The notes: generated from the letters alone by a model not told the origin. Shown: positions 1 through 9,660, counted from the first letter of the stretch. The stretch: DNA of 64,000 nt from an uncultured Phycisphaerales bacterium (GCA_938084645.1 CALKEP010000011.1:33041-97040), one strand, 5' to 3'. Numbers and translations are program-made.

Positions 1-195
1 CAGCGGGTCCGGGGACTGCTCCGCGAGCGACTCGTCGAGATGATCGACACCTACAGCTTCACCGACGAGGAACGATCCGAGGCGTCGTCCGCGGGCCTCG
101 GAAACGACGACGGTCTCTTCGACGAGGCCATTTCAGAAATCTATCTCACGCATGCCGCGCTGGTCGAGGACGACTCGACCCTTCCTCCGGGTTGA
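1..195 (+). CDS. 3' end of a CDS truncated by the window edge (possibly an ECF sigma factor C-terminus)
   Basis: Frame +1 is open from base 1 to TGA 193-195 (QRVRGLLRERLVEMIDTYSFTDEE...PPG*) with GC3-rich codons. The sigma guess rests only on the helical tail and the adjacent Ser/Thr kinase. Confidence 0.5.
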   Translation, partial: QRVRGLLRERLVEMIDTYSFTDEERSEASSAGLGNDDGLFDEAISEIYLTHAALVEDDSTLPPG

Positions 196-244
196 TCGGC
201 ATGAAGACCCCGACCGCCCGTCCGACGGGCGAATGGAGTGATCA

Positions 245-403
245 ATGACCTGGGCAAGCATCTTTCTCATCTTCATCGGCATCGCGATCGGGATCGTCGG
301 CCTGGCCGTGCTCGTCACGGTGGTGGTGACCGGCTTCCTGGCGTTCACGCGCCGCGGCTCCGCCGCGGCGACCGAGGTGCAAGCGACGACTTCCGCTCGG
401 TGA
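245..403 (+). CDS. 52-aa single-TM small protein, paralogous to the N-terminus of the downstream kinase
   Basis: GGAG RBS at 235-238, ATG 245; MTWASIFLIFIGIAIGIVGLAVLVTVVVTGFLAFTRRGSAAATEVQATTSAR*. Too short for the ORF track. Confidence 0.7.
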   Translation: MTWASIFLIFIGIAIGIVGLAVLVTVVVTGFLAFTRRGSAAATEVQATTSAR

Positions 404-451
404 TCATGGTTCGAGACGCAATGCCCGCGTGACGGGCGGATGGAGTGGTAC

Positions 452-2950
452 ATGACCTTCGCAAGCATCCTCCTGATCTTCATCGGTATCGCGGCCGGCA
501 TCCTGGGGCTGGTCCTGCTCATCAGCCTCATGGTGTCCGCCGGTCGTGGGATCGGGTTCATCATCGGTCACCTCGTCGAGTACGTCGTCGGAACCATCCG
601 CGACGCCGCCCGTGCGGTTGGTGCGGTGGTGGCGGCGGTCTTCCTCTCGATCTTCGCGATCCTGAACGTGATCATCGGACGATGGTCGGCGGCCAATCAC
701 TACGCGGATGGCGTGAAGCGTGAAGCGGGGATGGTCGGCCGAGGGCTGTACGGGGTCGTGGTGCGTCGGCCGTTGAAGCTCCTCTTCCTCGATGGGGTGC
801 TCGAAGGGGTCGAAGTCCGTGCGGTGGAGGACATCCGGGACGCACCCGGTGCGGACAAGCCGGCCCGAGGCATCGACTTTCCCGGTTTCGAGATCACCGG
901 TTCGCTTCCGGCGGGCGGGTCCGGCGCGAAACTGTACATCGCGCGGCCCGACGAGAAGATGCGGGGTTCGCTGCCGGGGCGACCCGATGCGGTGGTGATC
1001 AAGAGCTTTGCGTTGTCGGAAGGCAGTTCGCTTCCCCAGATCGTTCGCGAGAGTCGCTCGCTCGACTCGGCCAAGCGTCTCGGTCTGGTGCTCGCGCACG
1101 AGCTCGACGAGACCCGCTTCTGGTATGCGATGCCGTATCACCCCGGCGATCATCTCGGCGTGGTGGTGCGGAACGCGCACGGGATCGGTGCCGAGGACGG
1201 ACTGCGTCACGCAGTGCTCGCGGAGATGCTGCGGTATCAGATCGATCTGGTCGCGACGCTCGCTCGCTATCACCAGGACGGCCTCTGGCACAAGGACGTC
1301 AAGCCCGACAACATCATCGTGCACGACGGGGCGGCGCACCTGGTCGACTTCGGCCTGGTGACCTCACTGCGGTCCGCGATGACGCTGACCACGCACGGGA
1401 CGGAGTACTTCCGCGATCCCGAGATGGTCCGCATGGCGATGCGCGGCGTGAAGGTCCACGAAGTCGACGGGGCGAAGTTCGACATCTACGGCGCCGGTGC
1501 GGTTCTCTACTTCACGCTCGAGAACACTTTTCCGGGCCATGGTGGCCTCAGTCGTTTCGAACGCCCGGCGCCCGAGGCGCTTCGGTGGGTCGTCCGTCGG
1601 GCGATGGCCGACTACGCGCAGCGTTACGGCTCCGCCGCGGAGATGCTGGCGGACCTTCGGTTCGTCGCCGAAGCGGCCGATCCCTGGGCGGTGGTTCCCG
1701 CGGATCTGCCCTCGATGCGCGGGGAATCGGTCGAACTCGTCGACGCCGACGGACCGGTATCGACGCGGGTGGCCGCTGCGGCGCCGCCACCCCGGGTCTC
1801 GAACCCGCGTGGATCCTCGATCCCGCCGCGGGAAGTCGGCGGGCGCGGCACGGCGCGTCCACGAATCACCGTGACGAACTGGCTGACGGGTGGATACGTC
1901 GTCGGTGACGCTTCGTCCGGACCGGGCTCGGTGGTCGGGGGATCCGGTTCCGTTCGACCGGCGACCGAGCAGGTGGTCGCGGCGCGACGCCGGGCCGGTA
2001 CCAGACGGGCCAACGCACGCCGCGGTGCGACACGGGTGTCCGCACATCGGCGGACTTCGACCACCCTCAAGCTCGTGGCCGCGTCCGGAATCGCCTGCAT
2101 CGTCGCGTTCGTGATCGGGTTGGCCATGATGGAAGTCGACTTCTCCCAGTCCATGGACCGCGTCCGCTCCACCTTCGCAGGGGTCAGCCTCGGCCACGAA
2201 GAGGCGATCCTCCGCGAGGAGATCGATCAGGCGGTCTCCGAGCTCATGGATCGTGGAGCGATCGAGGTCTCGTATCAGGTCGACGACATCCTGCGTTCCG
2301 CCGAGATGGTGGAAACGGTGTCCGCGCCTCCGCAGCCGGGCGGCTCCAGTCGGCTCGTGGTGATCGATGATCGGACCTCGTTCGCCGGTACCGACGCCGA
2401 TCCTGACGCCATTCTGGCTCCCTTCAAGGAGGCCGGTTGGCGGATCGAAACGGATCCGCAACTCGCGGCACAGGCGTCCGTCGCGATGTTCAAGTGTCGG
2501 ACGTGGGGGGCCGAGTCCGGAGGCGGGCTCGGCGATCGGGATGTTCTGGCCGAGTCCTTCGCATGTCCGCCGTTGAATTCATTCCGTGCCGACAGCGACG
2601 TCGAAGCGGTGCTGCTGATGCTCACCGTCGACGAGGAAGCGGGCGGTCACGCGTCGCGGACCCGCCTGGTGCTGATCGGTGACGAGGCGATCGAGGTCGC
2701 CATGCGGAATGCGATCTACGTGGACGTGGAAGCGCGGTGGCCGGATGGGCGTCGTGAGATCATCACCGTGGAGGTCGACGGGGTCCGGGACGACGACGGC
2801 ACGATGAATCCCGCCGATTCGGTCGACGGTGATTCCGTGAATGATGCCGACGGGCGGGGTGGGTCCGGCTGGATTCTCGATTTGAATCGGGAATCAGGGC
2901 GGACCGTCGACGTGCATACGGGACCGATCCACATTCGCATCGCCGCCTGA
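452..2950 (+). CDS. Membrane-anchored Hanks-type Ser/Thr protein kinase
   Basis: VVIK, HKDVKPDN, DFG, GTEYFRDPE and DIYGAG motifs; N-terminal hydrophobic segments and a further TM helix after the kinase. Start moved from 440 to ATG 452 behind GGAG. Confidence 0.9.
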   Translation: MTFASILLIFIGIAAGILGLVLLISLMVSAGRGIGFIIGHLVEYVVGTIRDAARAVGAVVAAVFLSIFAILNVIIGRWSAANHYADGVKREAGMVGRGLYGVVVRRPLKLLFLDGVLEGVEVRAVEDIRDAPGADKPARGIDFPGFEITGSLPAGGSGAKLYIARPDEKMRGSLPGRPDAVVIKSFALSEGSSLPQIVRESRSLDSAKRLGLVLAHELDETRFWYAMPYHPGDHLGVVVRNAHGIGAEDGLRHAVLAEMLRYQIDLVATLARYHQDGLWHKDVKPDNIIVHDGAAHLVDFGLVTSLRSAMTLTTHGTEYFRDPEMVRMAMRGVKVHEVDGAKFDIYGAGAVLYFTLENTFPGHGGLSRFERPAPEALRWVVRRAMADYAQRYGSAAEMLADLRFVAEAADPWAVVPADLPSMRGESVELVDADGPVSTRVAAAAPPPRVSNPRGSSIPPREVGGRGTARPRITVTNWLTGGYVVGDASSGPGSVVGGSGSVRPATEQVVAARRRAGTRRANARRGATRVSAHRRTSTTLKLVAASGIACIVAFVIGLAMMEVDFSQSMDRVRSTFAGVSLGHEEAILREEIDQAVSELMDRGAIEVSYQVDDILRSAEMVETVSAPPQPGGSSRLVVIDDRTSFAGTDADPDAILAPFKEAGWRIETDPQLAAQASVAMFKCRTWGAESGGGLGDRDVLAESFACPPLNSFRADSDVEAVLLMLTVDEEAGGHASRTRLVLIGDEAIEVAMRNAIYVDVEARWPDGRREIITVEVDGVRDDDGTMNPADSVDGDSVNDADGRGGSGWILDLNRESGRTVDVHTGPIHIRIAA

Positions 2951-3066
2951 GTCGGCTCGGACACGGGCGATGGACCTCGTCCGTCGAAAGCCGGGGTCGT
3001 CCACCGGCGTCGATCTCGACGGAGCGTCGCCCGCCGGTCGCTAGAATGGCGTTCTGGAGAACCGCC

Positions 3067-3930
3067 ATGCAGCATCCCGGCGCCCGTCTTCGGGCTCTCG
3101 TCGAACAGGACGTCGTCATGATCCCCGGTGCATTCAATGCGCTGGTGTCGATCGCGGTCCGCGAGGCGGGATTCGGCGCCTGCTACATCTCCGGCGGTGC
3201 GACGGCGAACGTCGCCGGCACGCCGGACATCGGGCTTCTGACCCTGACCGAGGTCGCAAGGACCATTCGAGAGGTCGCCGACGCGTCGGGCATTCCGGTG
3301 ATCGCGGATGCGGACACCGGGTATGGCGAAGTCGAATGTGCGATCCGAACCGTCGTGGAATACGAGCGGGCCGGCGCGGCCGCCCTGCACGTGGAGGACC
3401 AGGTCTTCCCGAAGCGATGCGGGCACCTCGATGGGAAGGAACTCGTTCCCGCCGAGGAATTCGCCGAGAAGATCGTCGAGATGGTGGCGGCGCGACGAAG
3501 TCCCGACTTCATGATCATCGCGAGGACGGATGCACGGCACGTCACCGGGATCGAGGACGCGATCGATCGCGCGAATCGCTACCGGGCCGCAGGTGCCGAG
3601 GCGATCTTCCCGGAGGGATTGCAGACGGAGGCCGAATTCAAGGCCTTCGCCGAGGGTTCGCCGGGTCTGCTGCTCGCGAACATGACGGAGTTCGGCAAGA
3701 CCCCGATCATCCCTGCGGCTCGATTCGGTGAACTCGGCTACCGCATGGTGATCTATCCGCTCAGCATGATGCGGCTGGCGATGGGCGAAGTCGTCCGCGG
3801 TCTTCGGGAACTCCGCGACGCCGGATCCGTCGAACCGATGCTCGACCGAATGCAGACCCGCAAGGAGCTCTACGGCCTGCTCGACTACGTCCCCGGTGAG
3901 GAATGGCGGTTCCCGGGCGGTCGCGACTGA
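3067..3930 (+). CDS. prpB: Methylisocitrate lyase (ICL/PEP mutase family)
   Basis: DADTGYG, EDQVFPKRCGH, ARTDA and LANMTEFGKTP motifs; GGAGA RBS before ATG 3067. Confidence 0.88.
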   Translation: MQHPGARLRALVEQDVVMIPGAFNALVSIAVREAGFGACYISGGATANVAGTPDIGLLTLTEVARTIREVADASGIPVIADADTGYGEVECAIRTVVEYERAGAAALHVEDQVFPKRCGHLDGKELVPAEEFAEKIVEMVAARRSPDFMIIARTDARHVTGIEDAIDRANRYRAAGAEAIFPEGLQTEAEFKAFAEGSPGLLLANMTEFGKTPIIPAARFGELGYRMVIYPLSMMRLAMGEVVRGLRELRDAGSVEPMLDRMQTRKELYGLLDYVPGEEWRFPGGRD

Positions 3931-3998
3931 ATGCAGACGATCGCGAACCGTCGGCTCGTGATCGCGGTGGAAGATGCGTCTGCCGCGTGCGTCGCGGT

Positions 3999-4688
3999 TC
4001 AGTTCGTGGAGACGATCCGCCGCAGGACGATGGGAGCCGCCGGGGCGTCCGAGACGGGCTTTCCGGTCGCGTCGAGGACGCGATCCACGAGCGTGATCGA
4101 ATCGGAGGTGAGCGACATCCGCGACATGCGGTGCGTCGCACCGTCCTCGCTCCGGTCGCATCCGGTACCCCGGGTCTCCCCCGAGTAACCCTGCGGGTCG
4201 GATTCGAGATGGATCGCGCAGCCTTCGCGGGGGACCAGCAGGGCCGGATCGACGCGGTTGAAGAAGTCGGGGGTCTGCCAGGCCCCGGCGGGGGGCGACT
4301 CACCGGGAAGGAACGCGAACACCTCCACGAGCAGGCCGCCCTGGGCGTCGTTGCGGATCCGATGGATGTTCCGCGCATCGGTCCGGCTCGTCGCGCCGAC
4401 CGTCGCCCGTTCCGCATAGAGCCACCGTCCATCCTGGCGGTCCGGCCAGATCGGGCAGGCGTTCCATTCGAATCGAACGGCCGCGGCGTCTCGCGCGGTG
4501 GGCATCTCCGACTCGAAACCACCGCACAGCCAGGCTCGAACCTGCTCGACGTCCCTGGACATTCGTATCGGCGCCGCCACCGAAGACGTCTCGGTCCCGT
4601 TGCAGCCGACGTGAATCGGAAGGGTCAGCATGGTGAGCAGCAGGATCGACGGGATCGGTCGGATGAGCCGTTTTCGGGATGCCTTCAT
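3999..4688 (-). CDS. CpcT/CpeT-family (T-type bilin lyase-like) putative lipoprotein
   Basis: WLCGGFES, IWPDRQDGRWLYAE, REGCAIHL, YSGETRGTGC and SLTSDSITLVDR resemble the CpcT/CpeT pattern; hydrophobic signal ending VGC. Confidence 0.65.
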   Translation of the reverse strand: MKASRKRLIRPIPSILLLTMLTLPIHVGCNGTETSSVAAPIRMSRDVEQVRAWLCGGFESEMPTARDAAAVRFEWNACPIWPDRQDGRWLYAERATVGATSRTDARNIHRIRNDAQGGLLVEVFAFLPGESPPAGAWQTPDFFNRVDPALLVPREGCAIHLESDPQGYSGETRGTGCDRSEDGATHRMSRMSLTSDSITLVDRVLDATGKPVSDAPAAPIVLRRIVSTN

Positions 4689-4843
4689 GGCTGCAGTCTA
4701 CGGTTCGGGCCACCCCGGGCGGCATCAACGGTGGAGAAGTCGTGATGGATCGGAATTCCGGTCTTCGAGATCCGGGATCGCTAGGATGGGCGGTCCGGAT
4801 TCGGCGATCGCCGGAGCGGCTTCCCCCCAAGAAAGGACCCAAC

Positions 4844-5986
4844 GTGAGTTCCACCGCCACCGACACCCGCGGCCTCGCCGGCCAGACCATCGGGGAGACC
4901 GGGATCTGCTCGGTCAACCAGACGCAGTTGATCTACCGTGGCTACGAGATCGCGGATCTCGCGGCGAACGCCACCTTCGAGGAGGTCTCGTTCCTGCTGC
5001 TGGTCGGTCACAAGCCGTCCGCCGACGAACTGGCGACCTTCAAGACGGATCTCGTCGCGATGCGGGTGGTGCCGGATTCGGTCGCCGCCGCGATCACCAG
5101 GATCGCCGAGGAGAGTCCCGACGCCCATCCGATGAGCGTCGTGCGGACCGCCATCAGCCTGCTCGGCCATCTCGACCCGGACTGCGAGGACAACGGTCCC
5201 GAGGCCGAACTCCGGAAGTCGATGCGCCTGCTCGCCACGATTCCGGTGTGCATCGGCATCCACCAGCGGGCGCTCGAGGGCAAGCCGCCGGTCGCGCCCG
5301 ATCCTTCACTCGACCACGCGGCGAACCTGCTCTGGTGCATGACCGGCGAGAAGCCGGGAGAGATCGCCGCGAAGGTGATGGACGTGTCCCTCATCCTCTA
5401 TGCGGAGCACGACTTCAACGCGTCGACGTTCACCTGCCGAGTCATCGCCTCGACCAACAGTGATCTGCATTCCGCGGTCTGTGGTGGTGTGGGAGCGCTC
5501 AAGGGCAACCTGCATGGCGGCGCCAACGAAGCCGCGATGGCGATGCTCGCCGACATCATGAAGGACACCGAGGACGGCTCCATGACGGTCGACGCCTGGA
5601 TGGAGCGGGCGTTCACCGAGAAGCGGAAGTTGATGGGCTTCGGCCACCGCGTCTACAAGAACGGCGACCACCGGGCCGGCATCCTCCGGGACTGGGGCCT
5701 TCGCTATGCCGCCGAGGAGAACGCCGACGCGAGCAAGTGGTTCGATCTGGGCGATGCGGTGCAGGGCATCATGCTCGACCAGAAGAACATCCACCCGAAC
5801 GTCGACTTCCCCTGCGGGATGACCTACTTCGCGATGGGCATCCCCGTCCCGCAGTACACGCCGATCTTCGTCGCGAGCCGCATCACCGGTTGGTGCGCCC
5901 ACATCATGGAACAGCACGCGAACAATCGGATCATCCGGCCCCTCGCGGAATATTCGGGCCCGGCGCTGATGAAGTGGAACGGCTGA
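4844..5986 (+). CDS. prpC: 2-methylcitrate synthase / citrate synthase
   Basis: LIYRGY, YAEHDFNAST, LHGGANE, GFGHRVYK and PNVDF motifs; AAAGGA RBS before GTG 4844; close to prpB. Confidence 0.8.
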   Translation: MSSTATDTRGLAGQTIGETGICSVNQTQLIYRGYEIADLAANATFEEVSFLLLVGHKPSADELATFKTDLVAMRVVPDSVAAAITRIAEESPDAHPMSVVRTAISLLGHLDPDCEDNGPEAELRKSMRLLATIPVCIGIHQRALEGKPPVAPDPSLDHAANLLWCMTGEKPGEIAAKVMDVSLILYAEHDFNASTFTCRVIASTNSDLHSAVCGGVGALKGNLHGGANEAAMAMLADIMKDTEDGSMTVDAWMERAFTEKRKLMGFGHRVYKNGDHRAGILRDWGLRYAAEENADASKWFDLGDAVQGIMLDQKNIHPNVDFPCGMTYFAMGIPVPQYTPIFVASRITGWCAHIMEQHANNRIIRPLAEYSGPALMKWNG

Positions 5987-6019
5987 CCGACCGTCGTTCG
6001 CCCGCTCGAGTCGAAGAAC

Positions 6020-6058
6020 AGGGGCCGTCCGATCCAGAGATCGGACGGCCCCTTCTTC
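6020..6058. terminator. Probable bidirectional intrinsic terminator
   Basis: Perfect 14-bp stem GGGGCCGTCCGATC (6021-6034) / GATCGGACGGCCCC (6039-6052) between convergent genes. Confidence 0.75.
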
Positions 6059-6080
6059 ATGCGCGGGCGGAGTTCGAGAA

Positions 6081-9000
6081 TCAGAACTCGCACGCACCGA
6101 TGATGTCGTCACCCGACGGGATGCCGACGACGCTTCCGATGACGAACGCCGCGAACGAGCCGCTGGTGGACGAGCCGAGGGTCGACGGCATGAAGTCGAA
6201 CAGATCCTCGTCCGCGCCGGCGAGCCCCGTCACCGAGAAGGAGCCCCGAGTCGAAAGCGAGATGATTCCCAGCGCCTCGTTGATCGAGACCGCGTCGACG
6301 TCCTCGGCGCTCGAGGTCGAGAGCCCGACATCGCTTCCGTCGAAGTAGGGGGCGAACGTCCCGGCGGTCGTCGCACCGAGCGAGGAGGGGCTGAATGCGA
6401 GGAGATCCTCGTCGTTGCCCCGGACGGAACCGACCCGGTGGCCACCCTGCGTGGAAAGGACGAGCGTCCCATCGTCGAGCACGTCGAGCCCGTCGATGTC
6501 CTCGCCGTTGGTCGTCAGGGCCACGTCACTGCCGTCGAACCAGAGCGAGAAGGAGCCTGCCGTCGCGGCGCCGAGCTGAGTCGGTGTGAAGCGGACGATG
6601 TCGGAGTCGTCGAAGGTGACGCCTCCGACGGTGCCCCCGGCCGTGAAGGAGAACAGGAGATCGCCGTCGTCCAGGCGGTCGAGCGCGCTGATCCGGAAGC
6701 CGCCGAGTCCGACGTCACTGCCGTCGAACCAGAGGGTGGCTTCATTGGTCGCGAGATCGATCGCCACGACGTCTTCGTCGCGGGCCACGCCGAACGAGAA
6801 GGTCGGGTTGCCCAGAATGGCGAGCAGCACAACATCTCCATCGTCGCCACCGCCACCGCCGCCGCCATCGTCAGGCTCGGTGATCGAAAGGGTGCCGGAA
6901 CCCGCACCGTCGGCCGCGAATGCACCGATCACGACGATGTATTCCGTGCCGGCAACCGCGTCGAACGTGAGGCTCGAGGTCATCGCGGCGCAATCCGGAC
7001 CGTCATCGTTGCACGCGATGCCGACGGTGTCGCTGCAATTCGCGAGCACCGCGATCCGGGTGTCGAAATCCGCCGCATCGCAGGTCGATACCGTGTGCGC
7101 CCCATCGACCGCCGCGGTGAAGCGGTACCAGTTCGCGTTGTAGATCGGTCCGCAATCACCGAGGGCGAGATCACCGCTCCCGACCGTGGTGCCGAAGTCC
7201 GTCTCACCGAGGGCGACCGTCGTCGCCTCGTCGCAGGGGTTTCCACCACCACCGCCACCACCGCCGCCGCCGTCATCGGGTTCCGTGAGGGCGAGCGAAC
7301 CACTTCCCGTGTTTCCACTGCTGTAGCCACCGAGCGCGATCACGTAGGTCTCGCCGGCCACGCCATCGAAGTCGAGTGCCGACGTGTATCCGGAGCATCC
7401 GGAGGCGTCGTCGTTGCAGGCGATGACCGAGGCGACGTCGCAGGTGCCGAACACCGCGATCTTGGTGTCGAAGTTCGCGGCGTTGCAGGTGGAGAGGGTG
7501 TGGGTACCGGTGACGGACGCCGTGAAGGCGTACCAGTTCACGTCATAGATCGAGCCGCATCCCCCGGGGGCCACGTTGCCGGCCCCGGCCGTGGTGCTGA
7601 ACGGCGTCGTTCCGGCCTGGATCGCGATCGCGTTGTCACATGGTGTTCCACCGCCACCGCCACCACCGCCACCACCACCGCCCGAGATCGCGGCGAGTGC
7701 ATTGGCCGCGTTCACCCGACCGGATCCCATCTGGCCGCTGAACGAGGAGATCGGGTCGGCGGAGTCGCGAATCGCCGCCCAGACCTCGGCTGCGGTCGCG
7801 GTCGGCGACTGTGACCAGGTGAGCGCCGCGACGCTCGCGACCAGCGGAGTCGCCATCGACGTGCCGCTGAGATAGGCGTATCCGTCGGCGTTCGGGGAGT
7901 TGCTGTCGTGGTAGGTGGCGAGGATGCTCACGCCCGGGGCGCTGATGTCCACCCACGATCCGTAGCTCGAGAATGACGCCTTGGAGTCATCGGTGTCCAG
8001 GGCGCCGACGGAGTAGCAGTCGCTCCGGGAGTTGACGTAGCCCTGGCTCGTGTTGTTGCTGTTGCCCGCGGCCACGAAGACGATTCCGCCCGACGCGATG
8101 AAGTAGTCGATCGCCGCGGCGAGCCCGCCGCTGTTCGAACTTCCCCAGCTGCAGCTCGCGATCCTGGCGCCGTTCTGCGCGGCGTAGTAGAACGCTTCGG
8201 CGGCGGCGGCCATGCCCACGAACCCGGCTTCGGATCCGTTGTAGTTCGAGGAGTGCCCCATCTTGAGAGCCATGATGCGGACGCCGTTGCCGGTGGTGGA
8301 GGGGCTGCCGTTCCCGAATCCGCCGGCCGGACTGGCCACGCCGGTGCCGTTGTTGTTCATCGCGCCGACGATGCCGGCGCAGTGGGTTCCGTGCCCGTTG
8401 AAGTCGCGTGGGTCGTTGTCGGCGCCGTTGCAGTCCTCGCCCGGCCAGCAGCCGAAGCCGTACAGGGGACTCGTGATGAAGTCGTATCCGACGATGTCGT
8501 CGACGAAGCCGTTGCCGTCGTCGTCGACTCCGGGCGTTCCGTTCGCCTCGGCCTGATTGCGCCACATGTTTCCGCCGGCCGATCCGAGGTCTCCCGCGAC
8601 CGCGGCGTTCCCCGCGAGATCGTCGTGATACCACTGGACGCCGGTGTCGAGGACCGCGACCACGACCGAAGCGTCACCGGTCTGCACGTCCCACGCTTCG
8701 GGCGCGTCGACGTCGGCGTCGTTGGCCTGGGAGAGATGCCAGCAACTGGCGAGATAGGGGTCGTTCGTGGTGGCATGCACGGGGTGCACGCCGATCGGCT
8801 CTGCATTCCTGACCAGCGGGTGCGCCAGGGCGAGGGCGAGCGCGCCGTCGAGGCCGCCGGGGACCGCGGCGGGGTCGATCGTCACCACGTGATGATTCGA
8901 AAGGTCGGGGCGGCCGTCCTTGGGAGCGACGGGTGCGTTGGGGAACTGGGGTCTGATCGCGCGCGATCCGATCAGTTCCAGCAACGTGGCGGTCTCGGGC

Positions 9001-9233
9001 GAGCCGGCGCGGATCGAGACGCCGTCGTTCCGGCTCTCGAGAATCGCACGGGTTCCAGCCCGCCTGAATTCGATCACCAGCTGATCGGGGACGACCAGAT
9101 CCGCCGGGACGTCGGCGTTCGGGGCGGCGATGACGCGGGGAGCGGCATCGCGAGCAGGGGTCGTGGGTGGAATCGCCGCGATCGTCGCGGTACAGACGCC
9201 GATGGCGAGGATCGAGCTGGCGGTGGTCTTCAT
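6081..9233 (-). CDS. Secreted S8 (subtilisin-like) serine protease with poly-Gly-linked accessory domains
   Basis: Catalytic triad VLDTG, HGTHCAG, GTSMATP; signal peptide MKTTASSILAIG; two Cys-containing repeats and a C-terminal FDGSDV repeat domain. Confidence 0.9.
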   Translation of the reverse strand: MKTTASSILAIGVCTATIAAIPPTTPARDAAPRVIAAPNADVPADLVVPDQLVIEFRRAGTRAILESRNDGVSIRAGSPETATLLELIGSRAIRPQFPNAPVAPKDGRPDLSNHHVVTIDPAAVPGGLDGALALALAHPLVRNAEPIGVHPVHATTNDPYLASCWHLSQANDADVDAPEAWDVQTGDASVVVAVLDTGVQWYHDDLAGNAAVAGDLGSAGGNMWRNQAEANGTPGVDDDGNGFVDDIVGYDFITSPLYGFGCWPGEDCNGADNDPRDFNGHGTHCAGIVGAMNNNGTGVASPAGGFGNGSPSTTGNGVRIMALKMGHSSNYNGSEAGFVGMAAAAEAFYYAAQNGARIASCSWGSSNSGGLAAAIDYFIASGGIVFVAAGNSNNTSQGYVNSRSDCYSVGALDTDDSKASFSSYGSWVDISAPGVSILATYHDSNSPNADGYAYLSGTSMATPLVASVAALTWSQSPTATAAEVWAAIRDSADPISSFSGQMGSGRVNAANALAAISGGGGGGGGGGGGTPCDNAIAIQAGTTPFSTTAGAGNVAPGGCGSIYDVNWYAFTASVTGTHTLSTCNAANFDTKIAVFGTCDVASVIACNDDASGCSGYTSALDFDGVAGETYVIALGGYSSGNTGSGSLALTEPDDGGGGGGGGGGNPCDEATTVALGETDFGTTVGSGDLALGDCGPIYNANWYRFTAAVDGAHTVSTCDAADFDTRIAVLANCSDTVGIACNDDGPDCAAMTSSLTFDAVAGTEYIVVIGAFAADGAGSGTLSITEPDDGGGGGGGDDGDVVLLAILGNPTFSFGVARDEDVVAIDLATNEATLWFDGSDVGLGGFRISALDRLDDGDLLFSFTAGGTVGGVTFDDSDIVRFTPTQLGAATAGSFSLWFDGSDVALTTNGEDIDGLDVLDDGTLVLSTQGGHRVGSVRGNDEDLLAFSPSSLGATTAGTFAPYFDGSDVGLSTSSAEDVDAVSINEALGIISLSTRGSFSVTGLAGADEDLFDFMPSTLGSSTSGSFAAFVIGSVVGIPSGDDIIGACEF

Positions 9234-9660
9234 GTTCCGGCTCCGGAAAGTGCGAGTGCAGGCAGTCGCCAGGCACTCGAGGTAAGGACTGGGTCGGTGG
9301 ACGATCCGACGCAGGCTTCGAACTGGAGAGTGCTCGTGGGACCTTCGTCCGGGCGGACGACCACGTCCCGCTGGGCCGCCCCGGAAGAAGGGCGCCTCGC
9401 AGGCCGATTGATCATGTCTGGCGGCAGTGAGCCGATTTTGGACATGTCGTTCCCCGAGAACCTGAGGCACTGGGGCCGGCGTGGATGACGACGGCGGGTC
9501 CGATGCCTCGGTCGCTGGAAACTACCGGCCCGCCTCTGAAATTGACATCGTAAAACCCCCAGATTCCCCAGATTGCCATCGAAGCGGGGCTCAGGGCCGG
9601 AAACCGGCGGTCCCGCTACCATCGCGACCCCGATCACCGAACCGAACCTCCGAGGTCGCC

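Noticed and set aside
9542..9575. TTGACA and a CCCCAGATT direct repeat between the protease and hbd
   Set aside because: No -10 at proper spacing, and the repeat is too short to support a call.
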